Below the pieces are notes generated by a model that had not been told where the DNA came from, ran no database searches, and saw only the letters and a program-made list of their open reading frames with translations. This document shows positions 23,790 through 36,103 of a DNA stretch of 64,000 nt, one piece after another. The stretch covers positions 3,596,001 through 3,660,000 of the forward strand of contig NC_089435.1 in NCBI RefSeq assembly GCF_026210795.1. Direction: 5' to 3'. The position numbers and the translations under genes are program-made. This DNA comes from Rhizophagus irregularis. Taxonomy: Eukaryota. Every line of letters begins with the position of its first letter. Within the stretch, counting starts at the first letter, position 1.

Positions 23790-24340
23790 TTTTTTAGTCT
23801 TTTCTTTTTAGACTTCACTTTTTTTTCAGTCTTTCTTTTTAGGACTTCTACTTCTTTTTATCTTTCATTTTCGGTCTTTTCTTTCTTTCGGTCTTACACT
23901 TTAAGACACCATCTTCTTTTTTTCTAGGTCTTTTTTTTTGTCTTAAACTTCACTTTTTTTCGGTCTTTCTTTTAGGACCTCTCCCTCTTTTTTTTGGTCT
24001 TTCATTTTCGGTCTTTTCCTTCTTTCGGTCTTCACTTTTTTTAAGACACCATCTTCTTTTATTCTAGGTCTTTTTTTTTTGTCTTTTTAGGACTTTACAT
24101 TTTTTTCAGTCTTTCTTTTTAGAACTTCTCCCTCTTTTTTTTGGTCTTTCATTTTCAGTTTTCTTTCTTTCGGTCTTCACTTTTTTTAAGACACCATCTT
24201 TTTTTCTAGATCTTTTTTTTGTCTTTTTAGGACTTTACGTTTTTTTCAGTCTTTCTTTTTTAGACTTCTCCCTCTTTTTTTTAGTCTTTCATTTTCAGTT
24301 TTTTCTTTCTTTCGGTCTTCACTTTTTTTTACTGTCTTCT
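23790..24340. repeat. Pyrimidine-rich tandem repeat, ~140-145-bp unit, ~4 copies
   Basis: The anchor TTAAGACACCATC recurs at ~23901, ~24041 and ~24186. Submotifs TTTCGGTCTT and TTTTAGGACT are repeated. Confidence 0.85.
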
Positions 24341-25830
24341 TTTTCTTCTTGAGGTGCATTTGCAAAATCAATACTTGGGTTTCAAATTTCAATATTAAAG
24401 GTATGTTAACCCATTTCCCTTGTTTCTGGTAAGGTGAACAAGTGGATGCAATGATCAAGGAAGTTACGGCAACCTTGTGAGCTGGCAGGTCTATCTATGA
24501 TAACTCTGTTAACTGATGGACCTGGCTGAGATACGAATAAGATCTTCTCAGTGTTGAGGTCTACTGTTCCGCAATGAGGAATAGTTATGTGCCTTCCTCA
24601 ACTTCTTTCATGCAATGATTTGTTCTCATTGAGGACTTTTGGATTCTGAGAACTGGAAGCGCTTCGTGGCCACAGTTTTACTGTGAACGTCCTTCTCTGT
24701 TTTCAGAATTTCTGGATGATAACAAATCTTTGTGTGTCCAGGAGAGATGTCAGTGAAAGGACACAATAACCTAAAGCTGTGTTTTTGTAAGTTCTTTCAA
24801 ACAGATACTTGTAGCTATACCTTTTATTGTGCAGTTTTCAGGAACGGACGGTGAAAATATCGACACTAATATATAGGAAGAAGATCCGGACTGCTTCGTT
24901 ATGTTACTTGATACTTTAGAAGGATACTGCCTCACGTCACCTACCAGATTGCAGGATGAAATTTTTGAGTACTTAGCAAAAGCTAACCATCCCTTTTAAT
25001 TTATAGATGCTATATATAAATCATGATGTGTCATATTAAGCACATTAAAAACCTACGTATCATAAGGTTGAAATATGAAGAGACGATCATTTCTTCTGAA
25101 GCTTTTTGTGAAACTCCAAGATTGGCATTACGAAGTTGTTTCTTATGAAATTTGATTTAGCCAATCAGAATCCTTGTCGATCAACCAATGAAATAATAAC
25201 GTGAGTTTATTGCATGAATGGTCCCATCAAACCAATAATATATAACTATACTTTTATTTATACTAAATTTTAGTTAAAAAATTTAAAAAATGATCTTGGT
25301 AGACCGCCAGTAGGATAAAATATTGTTGTGTATGAAAATAGCGTGTTTAATTTTTTTTAAAAAAAAATAAAATTAGAAATTAGTCATGATCTTGAGTGGT
25401 ATACATTATTAAATGAGAACAGCCTATGAAGTGATATATGGTAACCATAATTTAAAAGTCTCCGATACTTTTTGAAAAGAATTAAAAAGTTCAGTGGATA
25501 TTAACTATGTGTTTAACGTAAGTATTTGATATATAATATGTGCTTTATTTACAAATTTACCAATTTAAATACAAGTTAAGATAATAAATAAGTAATGTTT
25601 AATATATACATTTGACACCACAATAGAAGTTGTCCCATTCCCAATGATCAAAAACTAAAAAAAAAGGTACGAAAGGGAATTTCAAGTTCAATATGTATTT
25701 GACTACTGCAAATTTAGACGAGAAGGAATTAAGTAATTATTATATACATAATATGACTCCGTAAGTCAATGTATAATATGTAACTTACCATTGTTTTATC
25801 TTGAAATTTTCTTCTTAATGATTTTTTATC

Positions 25831-27010
25831 TTAATTCTCTATTTTATAATTTTTTATGTAAAGTCTAGATTCTTTTTTAAAATCTCTTTTATGTTTTCTT
25901 GAATAAATTTCTTTCTTGTATCTTAATATTAAATAATGATTATAATATTGACGAACAGATGGATGTTCAAATTGACAAAATTTTCTTATACAGTCAACCC
26001 CGTTCCAACACATTCCATCAAGCATTTTCTTATGTTTAGGCTTATTTTTACATTTTCTTTTGAAATTTTTTGAAAATCTTGAAAATTTTTCTGGTAAATC
26101 ATCATTAACCACCGCAACATCTGCAACTTTCGCAATCTTATTAACCACAAATTTCGTCAAAGTTTTCTTGAGCTCTTGAGATTTATGTTGTACTTCCTTT
26201 GAAAGTCTTTCAACTTCCACTTCCTTTGAAGGTCTTTCAAATTCTACTTTTTTTAAAACTTTTTTATCTTTTTTTTTCTTTTCCTTTTTTTTACCTTTTT
26301 TATCTTTATCAATTTTTTTATAGGAAATCTATTTATCAAATCGTTTAATTGACCAATTCTATTCTCAAATAGAGGGACTTCTTTTTTCTTGTTAATATTA
26401 TCAATTCCTTGTTTGGAAATTTGTTTTGTCGAATCGTTTAATTGATTACTTGTATCATTAATTCTATTCTCAAATAAAAAAATTTCTTTTTTCTTGTTAA
26501 TTTTATCAATTTTTTTATTTTCTTGTTTAGAAATTTGTTTTGTTGAATCGTTTAATCGATTACTTGCATCATTAATTCTATTCTCAAATAAAGAAATTTC
26601 TTTTTTCTTTTTAATTTTATCAACTTTTTTATTTTCTTGTTGAGAAATTTGTTTTGTTGAATCGTTTAATTGATTACTTGCATCATTAATTCTATTCTCA
26701 AATAAAGAAAGTTCTTTTTTCTTTTAATTTTATCAACTTTTTTATTTTCTTGTTGAGAAATTTTGTTTAACAAATCATTTAATTGACTACTTGCATCATT
26801 AATTCTATTTTCAAATGGAGGAATTTCTTTTTTATTGTTAACATAAATTTTAATTTGTGCTGGAATTTTATTTGTATCAACGTAAATGTGTGTACCAGTT
26901 CTTTATGCAATGGGTTTTATATTACGTCCTTCACGACCAATTAATTTACCAATTAAAATATTTTGAGGAATTGGAATAGATAAATTTTTTGTATATTCGG
27001 AGTTTTGCAT
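25831..27010 (-). pseudogene. KH-domain + 39-aa tandem repeats + CCCH zinc-finger protein, disrupted
   Basis: From ATG 27010: MQNSEYTKNLSIPIPQNILIGKLIGREGRNIKPIA*RTGTHIYV (KH GxxG loop; TAA at 26905-26903). Then ~4.5 copies of a 117-bp repeat (FENRINDASNQLNDSTKQISQQENKK), one with a 1-nt deletion. C-terminal CWNGVDCIRKFCQFEH (C-x5-C-x4-C-x3-H). Confidence 0.7.
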
Positions 27011-27166
27011 TTTTTTTTGAAAGAGTTGAAGTGTGAGAGAAAGAATGTTTTTAAGATTTTTTTATAAAGAAAATAATTTCCATATTCGTAAACAAAACGC
27101 GTGTAACACCTCATGACCTCAAAAGCCTTAAATTAACCATGTGGTATTGTGATAAGCATATCATGA

Positions 27167-27566
27167 CCTTTTTTTTTTTTGTGTCCAGGTTCGTGGCGCA
27201 GCAATATTTACGAAAATTTTGAACATTTTCATATTCTAAATATAGTAACATCATTAAGGATTTTTTCTTTGACATAAAGTTTTTGAAATTATATTGTAGA
27301 TGTAATTTCACCTGCTCTGCAAGTTTACTTAGGATTTGGAAGAAGGTTGACTTTACATATAAATGTAAAAATTTTTGTCAAATAAATCAATAATGATATT
27401 TAAAATCGCCTTTGTCTCTAAGTAAACTTGAAGAGCAACCAAAAATTACATCTATTTAGTAATTTTTGAAGCTATATGTTATTATTAAAAAAAAAAAAAT
27501 CCTCTTTATGATTTTCGTTGCGCCACAATTTGCTGGCTGCGCCGCGAACCTGACACAAAAAAAGGG
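27167..27566. mobile_element. Foldback/MITE element with ~33-bp TIRs
   Basis: CC(T)nGTGTCCAGGTTCGTGGCGCAGC pairs with GCTGCGCCGCGAACCTGACAC(A)nGGG. Inner arms TAGATGTAATTT..GCTCT.CAAGTTTACTTAG and CTAAGTAAACTTG.AGAGC..AAATTACATCTA also pair. No TSD seen. Confidence 0.75.
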
Positions 27567-27989
27567 TGCTGAAAAAATACATGCTCACGTCATGAGATCG
27601 TCAACAATTACTAGACCTTTTGTTTTAAAAAATAACAAATTTATATTTAGAAGACCAAGGAGATATTTATTTATTGTTATTACATGTAAAAAAACAAAGG
27701 AGTATGTTAAACGAAAACATTTGTTAAAGGCAGCCCTAATTCTATAACTAATCTTCTAATATATATAATTGATAAAAAATAAATGAATATATATAATTGA
27801 TAATAAAATTAAAATAAATGAATAAATGACTATATATACTGTATATATATATAAATGATAATTTGTATTTTGTATTTAATCGTAATATCTGTTTCGTGGC
27901 TAAATATTAATCGGAAAAATGACAAAAAAATATTTTAATTATCAAATAAAAAAAAAATATTAACAAATTTATATATTGTTAAAATATCT

Positions 27990-28420
27990 TACTTGTCGTG
28001 AATTTGTTGCATAAGAGGTTTCTTGATTAAAATTATTTCTTCTTTCCTTCGAATCAAAATCTCTCTGATTTCTTGGTGGTGTTCTTGGTGGTACATGTTG
28101 ATTATTATCGTAGTAACATCAATGAATTGTGTAGCACCATCACCTGCTCCACAATACCTTCATTCATTAGTTAATCATATCTTGGCACTTCACATGTTCT
28201 GATACTTCATCTATTGGTCCATCTTCTGATGCTTCATTCACTAGCTCATATTCTGATAATTCATCCATTGGTCCATCTTCTGATGCTTCGCCCATTGGTT
28301 CATATCTTGATGCTTCATCCATCGGCACTAGACTATTATTTGCAAAAGTTAATATATTGGTACATTATTATATTATCTGTTCAAAAAAATCAACATACCC
28401 GAAATTATCCATTTCCGTAG
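27990..28420 (-). pseudogene. Degenerate hypothetical gene fragment with 30-bp (10-aa) repeats
   Basis: PMDEASRYEPMGEASEDGPMDELSEYELVNEASEDGPIDEVSE repeats; in-frame stops; splice donor GTAAG at ~27992. Confidence 0.4.
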
Positions 28421-28494
28421 TATCATTACTACTATGGTTTATTATTATTTCATTTGAATAAAAGGAATAATATTCTTGCTTATTATGTTGATAA

Positions 28495-28720
28495 GGCCAT
28501 ACAAACTTGATTTTATGGTTTTCATAATATAAAAATTTCATCAATAACCCGGCAACCCGGCTTTTAATTTTTTTTTTCAAAAATTTTATATGCGAAATTT
28601 TTTTTCAATTTTTAAAAAATTCTCACCCGGCATAGTAATAATATAAAAAATTTTTTTTTGAGACTTAACAAAACTGACCCGGCCGGACTATGAAAACCAT
28701 TTTTACCACTTTGTGTCGCC
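28495..28720. mobile_element. PIF/Harbinger (Tourist-like) MITE
   Basis: Imperfect TIR GGCCATACAAAC / CTTTGTGTCGCC flanked by TAA on both sides (28492-28494, 28721-28723). There is a near-identical partial copy at 54884-55057 and a relative at 34158. Confidence 0.8.
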
Positions 28721-29074
28721 TAATGCTTACGGTAGTGATATGTGCGTGTTGATTTACTAACATAAGAACCATCTCCTGTATCTTCCTGACACTTATAACA
28801 GGTACACCATACTAATGACATAATAATTTTAAAGTAATGTTATGGTTGTAATAGAAATATATTTGAAAATTAAATAATTTTTAATATAACTTTTATAATT
28901 AAATCATCAAATATAAAAATATTCCGAAAAAAAAATAGTATAATTTTTTAATTCTTTCACTTTTTTTTTTAATATAATAAACTCACAACTTTCTTTCAAA
29001 ACTACTTTTATAATTCTTTTTGCTCAAATAACAATTAAATTTTATTTTATTATATAAGTAATTTTTTTACAATA

Positions 29075-29956
29075 ATGGAAAGAAAAAGAAGTAAAAGCAA
29101 CAATTAGTAATGATTCTGAGGATGATTATATTTCACCAAGTGAAAACACAAACGATAATTCCTCTATATCAAATGATGAATTTGAGACTGCTAAACAGTA
29201 TCATGATAATAATCACAAGTTTACTCTTGTTATGGAACGTATTGTGGCATTGGAGGCTGAAAATGCACGTCTTCAAAAACATCTTAATAAAGAAGAAAAA
29301 CAGCAAACTGTTAATAATGTAAGAAGAAAGTTAGATGATGATGATATTTCAAGTGATAATTCAGAGTTACCTAGGCTAAAGAAAATATCCAAACATGCTA
29401 AACTTAACCAACATTCATTTGATTTAAGTATTAATGATGAGCGTGACTGTGTGAGGTAATTATTATAATAAATTAAATGAAATTGTATTGCTGATAAAAA
29501 TTATTGAGTAAAATTACTAGCCTATTCCTAAGCCAAAAGTTGGTCGTAAATATTTGGATTTTCGCAAAGTACTTAATATAGAAAAAGAAGAGTATAACAG
29601 TTATCGGGTAATTATATCATTTACTAAACTGAAGGTGGCTATTTAAAGATATCTACTGTATTTACGATTAATATCTAGGAGGCTTTACGACACCAAGTTA
29701 GTCATAACCTCAAAGGAAATATTAAGATGTTTAAAGAGTTGTCTGAAGAGAGATCCTACATATAATTAAAATGGTAATACGTTTGTCACAACTGCCAGAT
29801 TTAATTAAGTTAGATGCAGATCATGAAATTTTTTTCGGATGATTGAAAATTTTGTTATTATTTACTTATTTTTATTATAGTGGTCATTGTCTAACAAAGG
29901 GTTTGCTTCAACAGTAGGTGACTGGGCATCACGCGAAATAATACGCCGAATAATTA
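29075..29956 (+). pseudogene. Multi-exon hypothetical gene, frameshifted and 3'-truncated by the LINE-like element
   Basis: Acidic N-terminus and coiled-coil MERIVALEAENARLQKHL, with exons PIPKPKVGRKYLDFRK.., EALRHQV.. and GDWASREIIRRIIN separated by GT-AG introns. It ends at the A tract of the minus-strand element. Confidence 0.5.
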
Positions 29957-31780
29957 ATTTTTTTTTAAAAAAAAATAAAAATAAAAAACACTGTAACGCA
30001 TCTCTTTATTAGGATATTAATGTATCCTGTAAACAAGATACCTAGAGTGGTTCGTGACTTCGTGCAACATGAAACCCCCCTATAACAGAGTTTAATCTAT
30101 CCTAATACATAACAAATACACAAAAAAAAAATAAATAAAATACTTAACCTGAACCCAATATAAATCTAAATCTAAGAAGAACTAATTTAAGAGAACATCT
30201 AGCTAATTTAAATTTGAATAATCTCAAAAAATTTAGTATACAGCCCGATCATTCCCTACAATTCTTCTAAAACAAAAATCAAAGTTAGAAGTGTCACGGG
30301 AATTTTTATATAGTTATTCTTATATGATTTATTTTTTTTTATAGTATATTTTATTTATTTATTTATTTATATTTAGTTTATTTTATTTTTATTTGATATA
30401 GTTTATTTATATAGTATAGTTTATTTTATTTATATAGTTTATTTATACAATTTATATATATAGTTATAGGAAATGTGGCGTATGGCTTAGTGGGAATCAA
30501 TTATGGCTGTGATGGGCTATTCGTACAATGGACGATTTGGCCGGAAAACGAGTCGTACTTTGGACGATTTGAATAACGGGCGAGTTGGCCAAAGCACTAA
30601 TCGTCCCAAATTTCGAACAATATTTAAGGGAAGAGATTCCGCTGAGGTTTCGGAGAAGTGATTTTTCGATTATTAACACTTAGATAGAACCTTGGGAATA
30701 TTACAGAGCGCCGGCAGAGGCAGTAATATTAGGAAATTCTTTTGTAATTGTTAATAAAGAACCCGCCGATCACTCCAATTTTATACATTTCGTTATTGTT
30801 TTTATTGTCAATTTTATTTCCGATTGTTATACATTCAATAAATATACATTGTTTATAAATCTATTGCTAATTGTTGATAAACCCTACCCATTTCCTCACG
30901 ATTTATTGCCGATTACTGCCTATTGTTAGTCAAATTCTATAAATTAACCCGTATATATTTCTGTTACTGCCCTCCCGAACTACACAAATCGGTGGTAACA
31001 GAAGCATCTCTTTTTTAAATTTGTTATCAGAAAAAACTTTTATACGTGTAATCATGTGACTTCAATTAAAGATGCAATTTCCAATTGTTCCGTCATAAAA
31101 TCATTTCCTCCTCCCATTCTTCCTGATTTCTCATCCTCTTTTTGAACTTGTTGGCGAAGGGGTTTCTGGAACTGGCCTTTTCTCTCCCGTTTCTTTTTCG
31201 TCGGTTCTTCTATTTTCGTCCTTCAAGCATTTTCTGAATTCTTCGTTCATCGTCATATATTCGCTCATTATCTTGCTTTGTTCCGCTATGCTGATGATTT
31301 TCTGGCCTAGCCTCAAAAAGTTGTTCGTTTTCAATACCCAAGTTTTAACTTCTCCCGGTGTAGTTAATCCATGTTCATTTTTGATCGATTGCAAGGCCTC
31401 TACGTTGATTTTCTCCCATTCCATCTCATTACTGATTTGTTTGAAAATCAGCTCTATTTCCTCCATTTTGTATTTAACAGAATTTAAATCGTCGTTGTCA
31501 GATGCTTGGTATGGTGTGTATGGAAATCTCCTTTTTTCCTCCCCCCGTAGTTCTTTTATGATCTCAACAACTTCGTCTGGCGCTACATTATCACGTTTCA
31601 AAGGTTCGGATGCTGATTTTTCCAAGCATGAGAGACCCAATCCGTCCTCGCTATCCTCATCACCATTATCTGATCCTTTCTCCTCTTTTTCTTTGAGTCG
31701 CCATGCTTGAATCATATTCACGATTTTTTCGTCGCTCGGTACACCTATGCCTTTATCCATTTCCAAAATCGACTTTTACG
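29957..31780 (-). mobile_element. LINE-like non-autonomous element, copy 2 (5'-truncated)
   Basis: ORF 31131-31766 is homologous to copy 1 (VNMI..WR..KEE, EKSA..PL.RDN...DEVV.II, MEWE.IN..A, W...TNNFL). It has the same post-ORF motif TTTATACGTG.AATCA.GTGACTTC, the same 3' stem-loop and an A tract. Confidence 0.6.
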
Positions 31781-31789
31781 TAATAAACT

Positions 31790-32952
31790 TCAATCATATA
31801 AAAATGAAGTGGTTTATTTTTGCAATATTGATTTGATTTTAACGATTAAATTTAAAGATTTAATTAAGGCAGGATTAAAGACTAAATTATTAGTAAGAAT
31901 CAATCACGAAAATATTCACCTCGTTTAAGAAATATTTAGTATTATTTTAAATCTTTTTAAAATGACTTTTCTATCTGAGTAACAATAACGTGTTGGTCAA
32001 GCTGCTTCATATATAATACCATATCCCCCTTTTGTCATTTCTTTTACATTTTTAAATTGAGAATATGGTATCCACTTAACTGATTTTACACTATTAAAAT
32101 TAGAAATTAATATGATTTATAGTACAAAATATTTATCAATTGAGTTTGCAATATCTAAGTTGTAATAGATAATATCATTAAGAAAGAAATCAAAAAGATA
32201 ACTATCCACATAACTACATATAATGAGTGAGATTCTTTTACATTTTCTACATTGAGTTTGGCCTGTAAGTCCAAAAATAATGTTTGTTGTTAACAATAAG
32301 ACAATTTGTACAATACTTTTGACAATCTGATGCAAATATTAATCCTGACGAACAATTTATACAAGAATAACTATTGCACCACCATGATAAGTAAAGAATT
32401 GAAATTTGCTTTTTAGCCAAGGTTGATTCTACACATTCAAAAGAAATTAGATAACAATCTGAGCATAGTCTTAATCGCCATACATCAATAAGTTTACCTA
32501 GTGTCTTTCCACATAATTGACAATGTTTTTCACTTTCAATCACCTTACTGTATAGGTTGAAATCATTGATATTAACAAGATAAGTATTACTAAAATATCT
32601 TATCATTTGTTTAAAACTTAAAATTCTCAAACAATTTCTACAGCATTCTTGAATACTTTGTGGTACTTTTATCTTACTTAGTATCTCATGTTTTTTACAT
32701 CCCAAGTCCATTATATAATTGTCCAAGTATATATTATTATCAGTAATATCATTATTAATAAATATAACGCGAAAAACATTTTTTGCAATATTTTTGATCA
32801 CGACAAAAAAGCGCCCCAAAATAGTATTCTCCACAATAGATACATTTTATATCATTTCTATTAAAAGAAATAAATTTAATTGGTATAGGATTAGATTTTA
32901 ATCTTGGTGTTGGATCAAAAAATTTTTTATCCTTTGTATTTACGAGTTCCAT
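31790..32952 (-). pseudogene. TKL kinase pseudogene, paralog of 3664-6041
   Basis: MELVNTKDKKFFDPTPRLKSNPIPIKFISF.., Cys-rich region, WIPYSQFKNVKEMTKGGYGIIY, KVILKRFKN..KYFLNE|GT. It has several frameshifts and is truncated shortly after the first intron. Confidence 0.85.
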
Positions 32953-33468
32953 TTTACAGTATCGAATAACAATAATGAATTTAGAAAATTTGAACGTATT
33001 TTATTGATATTTATTTATATTTTTATATCTGAATGATACAGTTTGAAAGGATAGAACTTTCTGTTAGTGATACAGAAAATACTATGAAATTTTGAATTAT
33101 TACAGAAAGTTCATTTTAAATTTAGAAACACTTTATCGAAGAGCAAATGCATAAAAGTGATGAAGTAAACATGTAGTGTATGGTTAACGTGTACACGATA
33201 GATCGGTCTACGCCTTTCCTTATTTGGAGGACGTCTAAAGCAGGGAAATCATGTGACTTAGAAAAAATTGTTTTTCATAAATAAATCTTTTTACCATATA
33301 TACAACCATTCTAAACACATATGCTAAATGCATTGCCTGCTCTGTAAGTTTACAATTAGTCGCCAGTGATTTTTTGATGATATATTATGCCTGTAATTTT
33401 TCTGATGATATTTTCATGTTCACGTGTTTTTATAGTTTATTTATATCTTTTCCAATCTTTCCCATGAT

Positions 33469-33881
33469 TAGGGATTGGAATCGATAATCGAATCAAAATC
33501 GAATCTCATTTGTTAAAGAGAAAATTGAAATTAAGCAAAAAAATTAATTTAGCATTGCATCCAAAATTAAAGTGCATGATTTAAAATATTTTCAAAAAAG
33601 AAAAATTGATCGATAATTCCCTTCAAAAACTTAAAAATGACAAAATGATTGGCAAATGATCGGCAATGCTCGGCAATGATGTTCTAGTAATTTACAGTTG
33701 GATATTAGTAACGATATTTAATTTCTTAATAGATTTTACAATTTTAATTCAGAATTTATATATTTACTGATCATGGAATATTTACTGATCATGGAATTAA
33801 TTATCAAAGCTTAAAATGGATTATCTTTTAAGGAACAAAAAATCGAATCTACGAAGATTCGATAATCGATTCCCATCCCTA
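33469..33881. mobile_element. hAT-superfamily MITE (413 bp)
   Basis: TIR TAGGGATTGGAATCGATAATCGAATC / GATTCGATAATCGATTCCCATCCCTA; perfect 8-bp TSD CCCATGAT (33461-33468, 33882-33889). Confidence 0.95.
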
Positions 33882-34157
33882 CCCATGATCCCATCACTGG
33901 ACGTTAGATAAGAGAGTATCGCATAAATATAATGATATTTACGGCGCAGCCGTGGAAATCATTGATATTCATGACTCTCTATGAAATAACTACAACAAAC
34001 AGTTATACCGTATTTTGCGGTATATAAGCACCTTGTTTTGCATTTAATGCCTCCCAAGATACTCATAACTCTGGCCAAAATAGCCATAATTCCGGCCAGG
34101 TGCTTATTTTCGTGGTGTTTACTAACAGCAACGATAATTTCATATAATATAGTTAGG

Positions 34158-34345
34158 CCATACAAACTTAATTTTCAGTTCTCATATCCCGGCCGGGTTA
34201 GTTTTTGACTATACAGATCTTTTTAAATTTAAAAAAAATTTCATATGAATTTTATATATAAAATTTTTTGGAAAAAAAATTGGAAAGCCTGTTTGCCGGG
34301 TCATTTTCAAAATTGTTATGTTAATGAAAACTGAAAATTAAATTT
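34158..34345. mobile_element. Degenerate PIF/Harbinger-type MITE related to 28495-28720
   Basis: TTA|GGCCATACAAACTT terminus and CCGGCCGGGT / TTGCCGGGT motifs in opposite orientation; the right end has decayed. Confidence 0.5.
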
Positions 34346-35354
34346 GACATTGCATGTATGACAAACAAACTTTGTATGCCGGAATGTGTCAATTGTCAAG
34401 CCTCATATTTTATCTCGATCATAATTTTTTATTATTTAATCTTATTGCTTCATTTTTTTTGTTTTTTGTACTTTAAACTGTATAGTAGACATTGTATTAA
34501 GAAAATATTTGATAAAATATATTTCTCTTTAATTGAATATAAATATAGTGTGCAAAAAAAATCCAATCATATCGGCTGATTGAAAAAATCAAGCCAATTA
34601 ATATTTAAGCTCAGTTGATCTCATTATATAATTATATAACTGATGGGTTACTTATTGTCATTAGCGTATAAAATTATGGGAGGCTTTTCTGATCAGCCGA
34701 TATGTTAATTATTAGATTTTAATAGTCCATACCTCATGCCTTGTGTCACTACACCACGAATATATATTTGGTAAAAATTGTGTAGCAAAGGCTGGGGTTT
34801 TCTTTAGTCATGTTTTTTCTTTCGCAATGAACGAAGGATTATTTATTTATTTTTTAGACTATTTTAGATAATATATATATAATATCATGTTATCACGTTT
34901 TATATTTCGTATATGCGTGTAAATATTTGCATAAACTAATAAAGAATTCAGCTTAACAAGATTAAAAATAAAAATAAAAATAAGGATTTTTGTATAGTCT
35001 TCACCGTGTAGTCACTTTATTTCGGCTTATTTTGATATGCGGATAATATTAAAAGGGATAGACATTTTATTTTTTACTAAATTAAAATAATCAATTTTAT
35101 TAAGAACTCTAAAAGCTATTATTGAATAATTTTTATATAAAAATATTCTTGGTTAGAGGTTTCGGGTAAACTATATAAATTTGATAAACCAAATTGTTAG
35201 TATAGTTAAATTTTATTTCTTATCAATTTATATGATGGTAATACTAATTGATCGTGAAATTCGTGAAATGATAAACTGCGTCTTATGACGATTAGTTTAT
35301 CGGTATCGTAATTATTTTTTTCATATAAAAAAAGAAAAAAGTATGCAAATGAGA

Positions 35355-35450
35355 GCCCAGTGCAGGAATTGAACCCGCGTTTCCACGATTCATCTTTGAA
35401 AACTTATATTTAATAAGTTGTGGCGTTCTAACCAACTGAACTAACTGGGC
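35355..35450 (-). tRNA. Intron-containing tRNA or tRNA-like gene; anticodon ambiguous (best fit UAU/Ile)
   Basis: Perfect acceptor GCCCAGT/ACTGGGC, D-arm GTTC-AGTTGGTTA-GAAC, T-arm GCGGG-TTCAATT-CCTGC, ~22-nt insert in the anticodon loop, and a downstream oligo-T terminator. Confidence 0.75.
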
Positions 35451-35568
35451 GATTATTTTGTTTAACATCTCATTTTATTATTGATATACAGAAAAATACA
35501 CAAAATTGGATATCATTTCATAATTTTAATATTTTTTATATATAAAAAAAAGAGTATGCAAAAAGAGA

Positions 35569-35665
35569 GCCCGGTGCAGGAATTGAACCCGCGTTTCCAC
35601 GATTCACCTTTGAAAATTTATATTTTAATAAGTTGTGGCGTTCTAACCAACTGAACTAACTGGGC
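35569..35665 (-). tRNA. Second tandem copy of the tRNA-like gene (one acceptor-stem mismatch)
   Basis: Nearly identical to 35355-35450 including flanks (~214-bp duplication). Differences are mostly in the intron, plus an A:C mismatch in the acceptor stem. Confidence 0.7.
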
Positions 35666-36103
35666 AATTAATTTATTCAACACCTTATTTTATTAATTAT
35701 ATATAGAAAAATAAACCGCATATGTTGCAATGCTAATAACTTTACGCATCTGATGGCCTTATATGAGCGAAAATTACTGCAAAAACATACATGATAGTTC
35801 AGAATCCAGATTGATGCAATCTTAATTATATAATATGACCCATGAATAGTCTCGTGAATATGATTCTTCTATAAGTGATCATTTGCACCGCTCCTTTCTT
35901 ACTGATTTGGTATATACTTTCAAGCTGAGCAAGAAAATGTTACTATTACATAGAGTATATCGATGATTAGAACACGTGACAGATTATTACTCATGATATG
36001 TTCTGTTATTATGAAATCACTGCGATAAAAATCACTGCAGGCGATTTTTATTTTCATCGCATAATTCTGGCCAAAATATAATTCCGGCCAAAGTTTGTGT
36101 ACC

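Noticed and set aside
35355..35665. Selenocysteine tRNA (GCCC start, TTCAAA inside, TTCAATT T-loop)
   Set aside because: It has a canonical 7/5 acceptor/T fold, a 4-bp D stem and no long variable arm; TTCAAA lies in the putative intron.
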